A stretch of 64,000 nt of DNA from contig NW_002060963.1 of assembly GCF_000150275.1 (NCBI RefSeq), positions 19,669 to 83,668 of the forward strand, given 5' to 3'. This DNA comes from Trichoplax adhaerens. Its lineage: Eukaryota; Animalia; Placozoa. The notes beneath the pieces are model-generated. The model did not search any database and was not told where the DNA came from. It was given only the letters and a program-made list of their open reading frames with translations. Shown here piece by piece: positions 1 to 12,007 of the stretch. The stretch's first letter is position 1. Each line of letters opens with the position of its first letter. A program made the translations under genes and the position numbers.

Positions 1-238
1 CGATTTACTGCCTTATAATGGCTTATATCAACTGACTGTCGATGATAGAGATTTGTTCGACCAATTGACCCAGTGGATTAGACTGGTATATGATCAAAAC
101 GCTATTGGAGTATTTTTTCCGATTTCGAATTTTACTCCTCATATAAACAGTCGAAAACGGCTAAGATAAACCGGATAATCGGTCTTTGAAATTTCCTTAA
201 CAATTGTTTCTCGCATGCGCAGTATCAATTTAGATTGT
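1..238 (-). promoter_or_regulatory. Promoter/5'ETS end of an adjacent rDNA unit lying to the left of the window
   Basis: Near-identical to 15054-15292, which lies directly upstream of the 18S 5' end on the minus strand; similarity decays after ~238/15292. Confidence 0.85.
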
Positions 239-490
239 CAGGGACGGTTACGAACTATAAGCTTTTATGCAGTAAAACAGATGTCGTAGATTAAGGAGAA
301 GAGTTTCAGTATTGCATAAAGATTTACATGAGGTTATACGACATCTATTTTACATATTGTAAACTTTATTCTGTAATTCTGTGCTATAGACTGTAGTCAT
401 GATATTAGATATCATCGTTAGAAATGCGTAAATGGATCTCCACAATTATCCACTTATCTCCAATTTCATTTGCAATAGTAGAATAGTATC

Positions 491-984
491 TTTCTACTAT
501 ATAAAGTACTACAATATCTAGAATGATTATTACGGATGTATTTTTATTACAAATCTCCTTAGTAACAAGAAACCAGGTCTTAAACACTATCTTCACTAGT
601 ACTCGTGTTCCCAACTAACTTAGGGACCTATCGTAGTTGAACTAACTCTCAGCTACGCAAATAAGCTACTAATGAGTAATAGGTTTAAATGCTTCACTTT
701 ATTTTCGTTAAATTTAGTCGTAAAATGTACTAAAGAAAAACGTAAGAATAGTCTTAGCAATAATAGTCAAAAGATCCTGCAAGTGACTAATTGGAACTGA
801 GAAGCTAAGCTAGTGCTCCGCTTTTTTATAGTCTCGGCTCTTACCGATGGTACACTTGTGAATATTCTTGACATAGCGACTTACACTGTACAGTATACAT
901 ATCCTAGTATAGCAACGGCATTAATAATATTTTTCTACAATATAAAGTACTACAATATCTAGAATGATTATTACGGATGTATTT
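491..984. repeat. 53-bp direct repeat (491-543 and 932-984), possibly U5 fragments of a minus-strand LTR
   Basis: tttctac(t/a)atataaagtactacaatatctagaatgattattacggatgtattt occurs twice with 1 mismatch. The minus strand shows TATA-like ctataaaaa (~815-823) and ttgtaataaa (~542-551). Confidence 0.7.
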
Positions 985-1984
985 CGTAGTCAAAATTGTG
1001 TTTGTGTAGATCAGTAATCGTTGATTATATTTTATACAGACTGATAGTCTCCACAAACGGTTACTTTTAATGATTGTCGTCAGATGTTTAATTCTAATAG
1101 TCGATATATCATAGACTATGTTAATTCCTGTTAGGATACGGCAATTAAGGAAAATTAGACTTGTAGATCCTTCAAATATTTATTAAATGTATTTAGTTAT
1201 GTAAAATTAGAAGCTATCGAAAACTCTACGACCTTCATACAATAAGCCTCCCTCTGCTTTTTATCTGCTATTCTAGCTTACAGAAGCCTTGAGTACTGTA
1301 TTTTATGCAGGCATACTCAAAATAAATTACTACTTTTACCTTAAGACAACTGAGCTANNNNNNNNNNNNNNNNNNNNNNNNNNNNNNNNNNNNNNNNNNN
1401 NNNNNNNTGTACAGTACTACCTGAAAAAAGAAAAGCCTAGTGGGTATGAGGATCCCCATATCCTTGGATATCCTTACCGAAAATTGAAAATATAGAGATA
1501 ACTTAGTTCTATCCTTGCAGTGTTCAATTAATTAGACAGTACGTTGTAGTATTTGCGTAAGTAAACATCGAAAAAAGTAGGATATACGTTGACTATACCT
1601 GTTCATGATTTGGTTTCAGTTAAAATCAAACTGAAACTTTAAAAATAATAAGCAGATCAAATCGGCTTCAAATAAAATCTTTGCATATTAAATATGAAAG
1701 ATATAAACCATGTAATGCTGCTGCATCATACATGATCAACCAATCAATTAAATGTAAAGGCAATTTATAAGGCGCTGTATTGGCCACTGCATGGAGTTAT
1801 GTCAGTTACAGGCTTACAGTGCTCTGTACGCAAACTATTCTTTTACTACATCATCACAAGCCTTTATGTTTCCAAATTACTGTGCTTTGAATCAATTTTA
1901 CATCTTCCTCTTACATTTTGCAGTTCCATATCTAGTCATAAGTTTCTAAAGAAATGATTTAGTTAACTGTGAGGGAGATATATA

Positions 1985-3050
1985 CAACGCTAAACTAAGT
2001 GGAACATAATAAACAATAAATTATGTGGAACATAATAACGATAAACTATGTGGAGCAGTAGTGATACACCCATATTTGATATAGTTACGTTATTCTGAAT
2101 AGATATTATAGTGAAGCTAATATTAGATGATTGCTAACTACTATATTAGAAATTGTTGATGACTAATAGTAGCCAGTTGACTAATTATGGTACAAGATTT
2201 ATGTAGCTAGAAACACTGTAGTGGTTAAGATGCCCTTCGAAGAAAGGGCCTAGACGTTAATAGAAGAGTAGTGACATCTCAAGTAGAATGATTTAGATTG
2301 TAAAAAATAATGATGTACGATTAGAGAAAAGTATTTTGTTAGATGACTCATGTCTGATTGTTATAAATAGATTTAAGGAAATGTTTATAAGAAATGCAGA
2401 GATGAGCTCACAGAGGAGAAGAGACTTCACTTCGCTTTGAGCTCGGAATACTTTTAGAATTTAGACTAGATTCTTGTGGTAATTAATTATTGCTCTACTA
2501 TACCTAAAAACCTTGTAATAAAAGCCTTTTAGAAAATATCATTTGACTAAGATAGTTATTGTGAAACGTATTTATTACAGGAACATAATAACGATAAACT
2601 ATATGGAATATAATAACTATGTGGAACATAGTAAGAATAAATTACAGTATGTGGAATATAATTACTATAAAATTATTTGGAACATAACGAGAAACTGCGT
2701 AGAACATAGTAACGATAAACTATGTGGAAGTTAAATAACTATAAACTATGTAGAATAAAATAACAATAAATTGTGTGGAATATAATAACGATAAACTATG
2801 TGGAACATAACAGCCATGAACTATTTGGAACATAATTAATAAACTACGTGAAATAATAACGACAAACTACAGTACAGTACAGTATATGGAACATGGAAAT
2901 AATACACTATGTGGAGCATAATACCCATAAACTATGTAGATGATAATAAAAGAGATGGAATATAATAGTAAATTATGTGAAACTGCTTTAAGGTTGATAA
3001 ACTACCGTACGTCGAACACAACGATATACGTTTTAACGATAAACTACCAT
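1985..3050 (+). repeat. Degenerate 25/26-bp satellite (core acgataaactatgtggaacat), interrupted by a solo LTR
   Basis: aactatgtggaacata recurs at ~25-bp period in 1985-2056 and 2580-3050. Confidence 0.9.
2057..2579 (+). mobile_element. Solo LTR, family B (523 bp)
   Basis: Interrupts one satellite monomer exactly. Flanks are ggagc (2052-2056) and ggaac (2580-2584). Ends are agtagt...ttattaca (decayed TG...CA). TATA ttataaat at ~2361 and aataaa at ~2517. Confidence 0.7.
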
Positions 3051-3172
3051 GGTAGAACATACAAACAACTGGTACCGTACGGTATTTATATTAACAACAC
3101 AGCGACGAACCATGTACTTCATCTTAACTCTCTCTTTAAAACTTCCGGATTTTATACCGTCGACGGCAAATT

Positions 3173-3413
3173 ATACCGCAGGGTATCTGCAGAATCATAC
3201 CCTCAATGGCAGATCATACCGTAGGGTATCTGCAGAATCTACAGTAAATATCCCTAACACTTACTGTAGAAGTTCTAACCATTGTAGTTCTTCCCTATGG
3301 TCCCAACATAGCTATTCTGTGTAATGCTATAGGTTTCTGCACTATTTATATACAGTAAGCCTTCCTAACACTTGCAAGTCCTAATCATTGTAGTTCATCC
3401 CTATGGTCCTAAC
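3173..3413 (+). repeat. Local spacer subrepeats (24-bp pair and ~52-bp pair)
   Basis: ataccg(c/t)agggtatctgcagaatc at 3173 and 3216; cctaacactt...cattgtagttc(t/a)tccctatggtcc at ~3253 and ~3364. Confidence 0.8.
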
Positions 3414-3710
3414 TAAGGAACGTGAGTGAAGTTTAGATTTTGAAACTTCACCAAGTGCACATTATATACTACTGTATACTGAGTGTATAGTATACAGTAT
3501 AGTACACTATACAGTAGCATACTGTACTGTATAGGGGACTGTATAGTGTACAACGTATAACGTGATCTTTTTCCTATCCGATTCTTTAATATGAAGTTAA
3601 ACACTTTAGTATTAACCAATGTAACATAATATACCGTATGCATACACTGTATACCAGTGTGCTGCTGTGACAGTATTATATAATATACTGTATTAGAGTA
3701 GAAATATCTA

Positions 3711-4390
3711 TGTTAGGATAATTTTGTTAGCCTGTCCTTATTTAGTTAACTTCTAATTTAGATATGCTGTGTTTTAATATAACACTGACTTTTAATGGCA
3801 GTGGCATATATACATATACTGAAATTAATAGTTACGGTATATTAGAGAATGCGAATTATCTACTCACAGTTCGAATCATTGTGATTGTAACTTACTTCTG
3901 GTAGGTTGTAAATTATCGTGAAAATGTCTCGTGATAGGACATATCGTAATCTGACTATTCTGTATTAGTCATCAGATGTCTATGTTCGTAAATACTGTTA
4001 TCTGCATTTGGGAGCAGTAGCTAAAATTAATGTCTTGTTCAGTGAATGATTTCAAAGTTAATTCGTACTAACGATGACTCGTGAACTATTGAGGAAGAGT
4101 ATATAAATGCAATATATCGTGTAATAAAGTTAATTCTTAAACTTAGTGTTTAACGTAAAATATGAGGCGTCTAAGTCTTTGTGCAGTCTGCTAGTAGAGC
4201 AAAAGATAGATAGATTTGCTAAGTTGAGATTACTAGATTAACATTCTACTATTAGCTATAGCCTTTTTATTGCTAATGTTCTGTAAACCTTTTTATGACC
4301 GCAATAAAGTTATTCTTGTCCTAAGGCATTCAGTCTCAGCATTATTGTAAACTAGTGCTTCGGAACAGTTTAGAAATAACAATTATTACA
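3711..4390 (+). mobile_element. Probable LTR remnant, family C (boundaries uncertain)
   Basis: tgttag start, tatataaa at 4100-4107, aataaa at ~4303, ttattaca end at 4390. No TSD identified. Confidence 0.4.
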
Positions 4391-4541
4391 AGCACTGTAC
4401 TGCATAGTGATGAGAACGATGTTAGAGACCCACAATGCAGTTGTTACAAAACAGCTTTGCAACGAAATGACGTAATGTACGATCAATAAGTCAATTCCTT
4501 CAACCACGTATCGAGGAACGATATTTGCGCTATCAGGAATA

Positions 4542-4995
4542 CTTTTGCTCTACTAGCAGACAGCACAAAGACTTAGACGCCTCATATTTTACGTTAAACA
4601 CTAAGTTTAAGAATTAGAGAGGCTACTTTAGCTCTCTCTAAGATCCTTTTATACTATCCGGGCTCATCTTATTTGTCAACATATTTTGAACAAAACTCTA
4701 ACATAAATATTCTCATACGGGAACTATTATTTATTAATATTTTACTATAAACTTTGGCCACTGCTAGCCGCGCCATGTTTTCTTCCTCTTGACTCTTGCT
4801 TTGCCCTTTCGGAGCCTATCAGGTTACCCACCGGGCTCACAACTTCATCTCCCGCTAAGTAGGTAATTCTCGGCCTGCGGTGTGACTAATCTGAGCCCAA
4901 TCATCGCAGCTAAAAAACAGTCTCGCGACCGATCCAACATAGCGCTAACATAAAATCTAAAAATATCTAATTCTAATAGAGATCACATTATTACA
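4542..4995 (-). mobile_element. Truncated LTR, family D, sharing a 75-bp block with family C
   Basis: Minus strand starts tgtaat at 4995 and has tataaaa at 4647-4653. It shares the 14-mer tatgttagcgctat with family A near its 5' end. 4542-4616 is the reverse complement of 4131-4205. Confidence 0.5.
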
Positions 4996-6246
4996 ATACT
5001 ATATACTGTAGGAGAGGGTCTACCATAGAGGTAAAATGATTTTTTCTTTTACCTCCTGATATCTATAATATGGAGGGCACTCGCTTCAGGAACATAGCGT
5101 TGTGTTAATACAAGGAGGGAGAGTGTAAGACTTACCTGGCGTTCGAGGAGTATACGATCTAACGTAGAATTAATAGCTCAAGTTTTGCATTACATGAGCA
5201 TAAATAACAGCAAATTGTCGTGAGTGCATTATAACATCTTCAATTAGCAATTATCGCTTTAATCCAACGAATTGAAACATTCTATTCTGTTTGTTTGATA
5301 AGACTTTCTCAGAAAACTATTACGTTCACAATTGTCTTAAATTAGGTGTATATATGTAAGATATATTATCAGAAATTCCAAAATTGAAACGAAGCCTCAC
5401 GTTAGGTCCGTTACAACGTCAACTGTAGTACTTTAATTGTAAAACTTTCAACCTGGCTTCAAGATTAAGGTGTTTGCTGTGGCTATTACTGATGATACTC
5501 AGCGATTGTATACTGACGCTACTGGAATACTACACATTTCTGAGGTATTCTTTCAAGATGTGCGAAATCTGTATATTTAATTTTAAACAACATTGGCTTT
5601 AAAGAATGTAACACTGTAATTTTAAAAATTTTGCAGAAGTAAACACTTTTCGCTCGTAATGTCTGATACATAGAGTATTTTGGTGATGTACTATTTTGTT
5701 TTACGGATGGGAGGACCATAGCGATATGGATTAAAGAAAAATAGTTAAACCCTTAGAGTTTTACAACTTATTATTCTCTTCAATCATTAATATACAGTAT
5801 ACAGTCAATGAGAATCATTACAACAAGCTAACACATTTTCTTGTAAGGATCCAGAACTACAATAAAAAACATAAAATGGGAGTATTCGAAGAGTTAAGCT
5901 GTTGACAATGTATGATTAGCGTATTAAGCATTAGAATAAACATAACGTAAAAGGTAATTAACATTTTAAATAAAACTGATCTGTATCGTATTATAAGGTA
6001 CTCAAATAACCAGAAATAAACTATACAAAACAGGATAACGATAGACTATGTGGAACATTAGAACTATACAAAATAAGGTAACAGTAGACTACGTGGAACA
6101 TTACAACGATAAATTATACTATACAAAACAAGATAACGATAGACTATGTAGAACATTAGAACGAGAAGCTATACTATACAAAACAAGATACGATAGACTA
6201 TGTAGAACACTGTTACCAAGAAATTGATGAGAAAATGGCAAATTGT

Positions 6247-6936
6247 CCGCGTCAAATTGTACTAGACCCTGAAAAACATTACGGAACTATTACGGTAATA
6301 TTAAATTGTCTCTAGTTGTGTGGAACATGGTGTCAGTTCCTCCTATGTTAGCGCTATATATATACTATTGATTATCTATTGGTGGGAATCGGAAAGATGT
6401 AGCGGTGTTAATGGGCCTCTTGGCGAGAAGTGCAGCTGGAAGTCCTAGAAGATTGACTATTGGTCGAGGAGCTGAGAAACAAGGTTCGAGGCGATATAAA
6501 CAAGACGTGGATCATGTTAAAGGGCTTCTATACTGTAGCCGTTACGATATACTATTTTGTATAGGGAAAATTGTGATAGAGTTTTGATGTAAATATTTAC
6601 ATCAAAGATAGATATATAAGGAGGCTAATTTAATTGTAGAAATAGATAGATTCATTCATAGGTTAGCTTGAAGAAGTCATAGTGGATATTCTTTTGATAT
6701 TATATCTGTAGTTTCTAATGCCTGTATTTTAACATCGTAATAAACTTTTTATATTAACCGAGTCTTACTCATTCTTGTGAGTCGATTGTAGTTAATATAG
6801 GGAAGTAGTATTACAGGAACATTCCTGGATTACTAGAAAATACTGCTTACTTTCCTCTTTCTAGTAGTCCTTAAAATAAACACAGTATATTGATAAACCA
6901 GGTGGAGAACGGTCTAGGACAACTTGACGCGGCTGT
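6247..6936. mobile_element. Possible small MITE (~155 bp without the nested LTR)
   Basis: 22-bp inverted repeat at 6247-6268 and 6911-6932 (2 mismatches). The right end continues ...gcggCTG-TA, resembling a Tc1/mariner terminus. Confidence 0.4.
6288..6815 (+). mobile_element. Solo LTR, family A copy 1 (528 bp)
   Basis: 5-bp TSD ggaac (6283-6287 and 6816-6820). Ends are tattac...ttaca (5' TG decayed). TATA at ~6613 and aataaa at 6739. Near-identical to the two reverse copies. Confidence 0.88.
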
Positions 6937-8484
6937 ACAAGGTAATAGTATAGGATGGAAACAATATCAATATAGATTTGATATTTACAAGGGTGAATTG
7001 CATACTTTACAGCGTTAAATCCTATACACCGTAAAATTAATCCAATGCAGTAAACTTTCTGTTTTGATATTACGAGGGTGGATTTAATATTTTACAGCGT
7101 GAAATTAATTTAATGCGGTAAATTATCCGGTTTCGAGTAGAGCATTACAATAGTAAACTATATACAGTACATGAAATATAAAACAATCAACTACGTGAAA
7201 CATATAAACGATAAGGTGTGTGGAACATTAAAACTATACTGTAAACTACAGAATGCAGAATATAAAACGATCAACTATGTGAAACCAAAGAACGATAACC
7301 TATGTAGAATATAAATACGATAAACTAAGTGGAACGTTGAAACTATGGACTATGTGGAATATAATTACTATAAACTATGTGGAACATTAAAGCCATACTA
7401 TAAACAAAGAATGCCGAATAACGAACGATTAACTACGTGAAACATAGAAACGATAACCTATGTGGAATATAAATACGATAAACTATGTGGAACATACATA
7501 CGATAAACCATGTGAAACATTGAAACTATCCTGTGAACTAAAGAATGCGGAATATAAAACGCTCAACTATGTAAAACACAAAAACGATAACCTATGTGGA
7601 AGATGAATACGATAAAGTAAAGAATGCGGAACATAAAACCATCAACTAATTGGAACATAAAAAGGATAACCTATGTAAAATATCAATACGATAAACTATG
7701 TGGAACATTCAAACTATTAATTATTTGGAAAATAAATACCATAAACTATGTGAAAAATAGTAACGATAAGCTCTATGCTACCAATCAAGACAAACCATGT
7801 GAAATATCGTTACCAAGAACTGATATGAAAATGTTCAAGTTTATGGGCTAATTGAACTATGTGGAACATACATACGTTAAACTATGTAAAACATTTAAAC
7901 TACACTGTAAACTAATATACTGTATACGGAATATGAAACCATCAACTAGAGTATATAATGTATAAATACGATAACCTACGTGGAAAATATATACGATAAG
8001 CTACGTGGAACATACGAGCGATCAACTATGTGGAACATCGTTACTATAGACTATTTGGAACACAAAGCTTTAAACTATGTGGAACATTAAAACTATACTG
8101 TAAACTAAAGAGTGCAACTATACTGTAAATTACAGAATGTAGGAAAAAAACGATCAACTATGTGAAACATAAGAACGACAACCTATGTGGAACATTGAAA
8201 CTATGGACTATGTGGAACATAATTACTATAAACTATGTGGAACATAGAAACCGTACTATAAACTAAAGAATGCTAAATGTAAAACGATTAACTACGTGAA
8301 ACATAAAAACGATAACCTATGTGGAAAATAAAATAGGATAGACTATGTGGAACATTAAAACTATACTATAAACTAATATAAACATGATAAACTAGTTGGA
8401 ATATATATACGATAAACTATGTGGAACATTGGAACTATATTGTAAACTAAAGAATGCGGAATACAAAACCATCAACTATGTAAC

Positions 8485-9008
8485 TGTAATACTACTTCCC
8501 TATATTAACTACAATCGACTCACAAGAATGAGTAAGACTCGGTTAATATAAAAAGTTTATTACGATGTTAAAATACAGGCATTAGAAACTACAGATATAA
8601 TATCAAAAGAATATCCACTATGACTTCTTCAAGCTAACCTATGAGTAAATCTGTCTCTACAATTATATTAGCCTCCTTATATATCTATCTTTGATGTAAA
8701 TATTTACATCAAAACTCTATCACAATTTTCCCTATACAAAATAGTATATCGTAACGGCTACAGTATAGAAGCCCTTTAACATCATCCGCGTCTTGTTTAT
8801 ATCGCCTCGAACCTTGTTTCTCAGCTCCTCGACCAATAGTCAATCTTCTAGGACTTCCAGCTGCGCTTTTCGCCAAGAGGCCCATTAACACCGCTACATC
8901 TTTCCGATTCCCACCAATAGATAATCAATAGTATATATATAGCGCTAACATAGGAGGAACTGAAATCATGTTCCACACAACTAGAGACAATTTAATATTA
9001 CCGTTACA
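8485..9008 (-). mobile_element. Solo LTR, family A copy 2 (524 bp)
   Basis: TGTAA...TTACA termini and a perfect 5-bp TSD gtaac (8480-8484 and 9009-9013). Confidence 0.92.
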
Positions 9009-9515
9009 GTAACGCACAAAAACGATAACCTATGTAAAACAGAAAATACGATAAACTATGTGGAACATTAAAACGATAAACTAAGAGGAACATGAAGACT
9101 ATGAGCTATGTAGAACATAGATACCATAAACTATGCGAAACATTAAAACTATACTGTAAACTATAGAGTGCAGAAGATAAAACCCATAACCTATCTGGAA
9201 CAAACATCAATACGATAAACTATGTGGGACATTAAAACTATACTGTAAGCTAAAGAATGCGGAATATAAAACCATCAAGTAATTGGAACATAAATACTGT
9301 AAACTGTATGGAATATTAAAACTATAAACTATGTGAAACATAGTAACGATGAGCTATGTAGTACAAATCAAGAAAACTATGTGGAACACCAGTACCAAGA
9401 AATGATATGAAAATGTCCAAGTTTATAATCTAATTGAGCTATGTGGAAATAAATACGATAAAGTATGTGGAACATTAAAACTACACTGTAAACTAATGTA
9501 TACGGAATATAAAAC

Positions 9516-10041
9516 TGTAATACGACTTCCCTATATTAACTACAATCGACTCACAAGAATGAGTAAGACTCGGTTAATATAAAAAGTTTATTACGATGTT
9601 AAAATACAGGCATTAGAAACTACAGATATAATATCAAAAGAATATCTACTATGTCTTCTTCAAGCTAACCTATGAATGAATCTATCTACCTCTACAATTA
9701 TATTAGCCTCCTTATATATCTATCTTTGATGTAAATATTTACATCAAAACTCTATCACAATTTTCCCTATACAAAATAGTATATCGTAACGGCTACAGTA
9801 TAGAAGCCCTTTAACATGATCCACGTCTTGTTTATATCGCCTCGAACCTTGTTTCTCAGCTCCTCGACCAATAGTCAATCTTCTAGGACTTCCAGCTGCA
9901 CTTCTCGCCAAGAGGCCCATTAACACCGCTACATCTTTCCGATTCCCACCAATAGATAATCAATAGTATATATAGCGCTAACATAGGAGGAACTGACACC
10001 ATGTTCCACACAACTAGAGACAATTTAATATTACCGTTACA
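9516..10041 (-). mobile_element. Solo LTR, family A copy 3 (526 bp)
   Basis: TGTAA...TTACA termini. Flanks are aaaac (9511-9515) and aaacc (10042-10046), a TSD with one mismatch. Confidence 0.9.
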
Positions 10042-10660
10042 AAACCCATCAACTACAGTATGTTATACATAAAAACGATAACCTACAGTAAGTGGAACAT
10101 TGTAACTATGAGCTATGTGGAACATAAATACTGTAAACTATAAATAATAAAACACGACAAACTATGTGGAACATTAAAACTATACTATAAACTAAAGAGT
10201 GCGAAATATAAACGCTGAATTATGTGGAACATAGATACTATGCACTACGTAAAAAATTGAAACTATACTGTAAACTAAACAATGCGGAATATAAAACCAT
10301 CCACTAATTAGAATATAAAAACGATAACCTATAGTAAGTAGAACATCGTTACGATAAACTATGTGGAACATAAATACTGTAAACTTTATGCAATAGCCTA
10401 ACTATAAGCTAACCTCAGAAACTATATGGATTAGCGTAACTATAAACTATGTGGAACATCGTTACTAAGAAACGATATGAAAATATCGCAAGTTTATAGA
10501 CTATGTGGAACATTGAAACTATACTGTAAACTAAACAATGCGTAATATAAAACCAACAACTATTTAGAACATAAAAAACGATAACCTACAGTAAGTGGAA
10601 CATTGTAACTATGAGCTATGTGGAACATAAATACTGTAAACTATATGGAATATGAAAACT

Positions 10661-11045
10661 ATAAACTATGTGGAACATCGTTACTAAGAAACGATATGGA
10701 ATAACCAATCTATAAACTATGTGGAACATCGTTACTAAGAAACGATATGGAATAGCCTATATATAAACTATGTGGAACATCGCTACTAACAAACGATATG
10801 GAATTGCCTATCTATAAACTATGTGGAACATCGTTACTAAGAAACGATATGAACATTGCTACTAAGAAACGATATGGAATAGCCAATCTATAAACTATGT
10901 GGAACATCGTTACTAAGAAACGATATGGAATAGCCAATCTATAAACTATGTGGAACATCCTTACTAAGAAACTATATGGAACAGCTTAACTATAAACTAT
11001 GTGGAACATCGTTACTAAGAAACGATAAGGAACAACCTAACTATA
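10661..11045 (+). repeat. 51-bp tandem repeat (25+26 dimer)
   Basis: ataaactatgtggaacatcgttactaagaaacgatatggaatagccaatct, about 7 copies, with one internal deletion near 10850. Confidence 0.92.
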
Positions 11046-11742
11046 CACTATGTGGAACATCGTTACTTAGATTAACTATAAACTATGTGGAACATCGTTA
11101 CTTAGATTAACTATAAACTATGTGGAACATCGTTACTTAGATTAACTATAAACTATGTGGAACATCGTTACTTAGATTAACTATAAACTATGTGGAACAT
11201 CGTTACTTAGATTAACTATAAACTATGTGGAACATCGTTACTTAGATTAACTATAAACTATGTGGAACATCGTTACTTAGATTAACTATAAACTATGTGG
11301 AACATCGTTACTTAGATTAACTATAAACTATGTGGAACATCGTTACTTAGATTAACTATAAACTATGTGGAACATCGTTACTTAGATTAACTATAAACTA
11401 TGTGGAACATCGTTACTTAGATTAACTATAAACTATGTGGAACATCGTTACTTAGATTAACTATAAACTATGTGGAACATCGTTACTTAGATTAACTATA
11501 AACTATGTGGAACATCGTTACTTAGATTAACTATAAACTATGTGGAACATCGTTACTTAGATTAACTATAAACTATGTGGAACATCGTTACTTAGATTAA
11601 CTATAAACTATGTGGAACATCGTTACTTAGATTAACTATAAACTATGTGGAACATCGTTACTTAGATTAACTATAAACTATGTGGAACATCGTTACTTAG
11701 ATTAACTATAAACTATGTGGAACATCGTTACTTAGATTAACT
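11046..11742 (+). repeat. Perfect 35-bp tandem repeat, ~20 copies, running into a gap
   Basis: aactatgtggaacatcgttacttagattaactata repeated identically. Confidence 0.98.
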
Positions 11743-11792
11743 NNNNNNNNNNNNNNNNNNNNNNNNNNNNNNNNNNNNNNNNNNNNNNNNNN

Positions 11793-11973
11793 AGCGCATT
11801 ATCACAAGTGCGCCGATAATTCAATCGACAATGATAGATGAAGTCGTGAGATCAACATACCACCACATCAACTAACTTATCAGCTGAATGTCAATAATAC
11901 ATTGCTAGCTACATGCGTTTCCCTTTTAACGGTTTCACGTACTATTTAACTCTCTTTTCAAAGTTCTTTTCAT

Positions 11974-12007
<34 letters not shown>

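Larger units (their letters stand above)
6020..10660 (+). repeat. Degenerate higher-order satellite array (25/26-bp monomers plus aaactatactgtaaactaaagaatgcggaatat variants)
   Basis: Visible periodic monomers at 6020-6215, 7140-8484, 9009-9515 and 10042-10660, interrupted by insertions. Confidence 0.9.
239..11742. other. Putative rDNA intergenic spacer: satellite subrepeats plus solo LTRs
   Basis: Lies between the truncated 28S and a copy of the rDNA promoter region. Non-coding and subrepeat-rich. Contiguity is broken by two 50-N gaps. Confidence 0.6.

Noticed and set aside
6405-6587. 60-aa ORF repeated three times
   Set aside because: Non-ATG start inside the LTR U3; it recurs only because the LTR does, and has no recognisable domain.
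8485-10041. LTR-A copies 2 and 3 as the two LTRs of one TRIM or full element
   Set aside because: Each copy has its own TSD, and the 507 bp between them is satellite with no PBS (TGG) or PPT.
7140-11742. CRISPR-like appearance (constant core with variable linkers)
   Set aside because: Eukaryotic context. Linkers are ~10 bp and related to each other, the 35-mers are identical with no spacers, and there are no cas genes.
11743-11792. 28S truncation as an R2-type insertion or a pseudogene
   Set aside because: The break coincides with an assembly gap, the visible rRNA looks intact, and no RT sequence is present.
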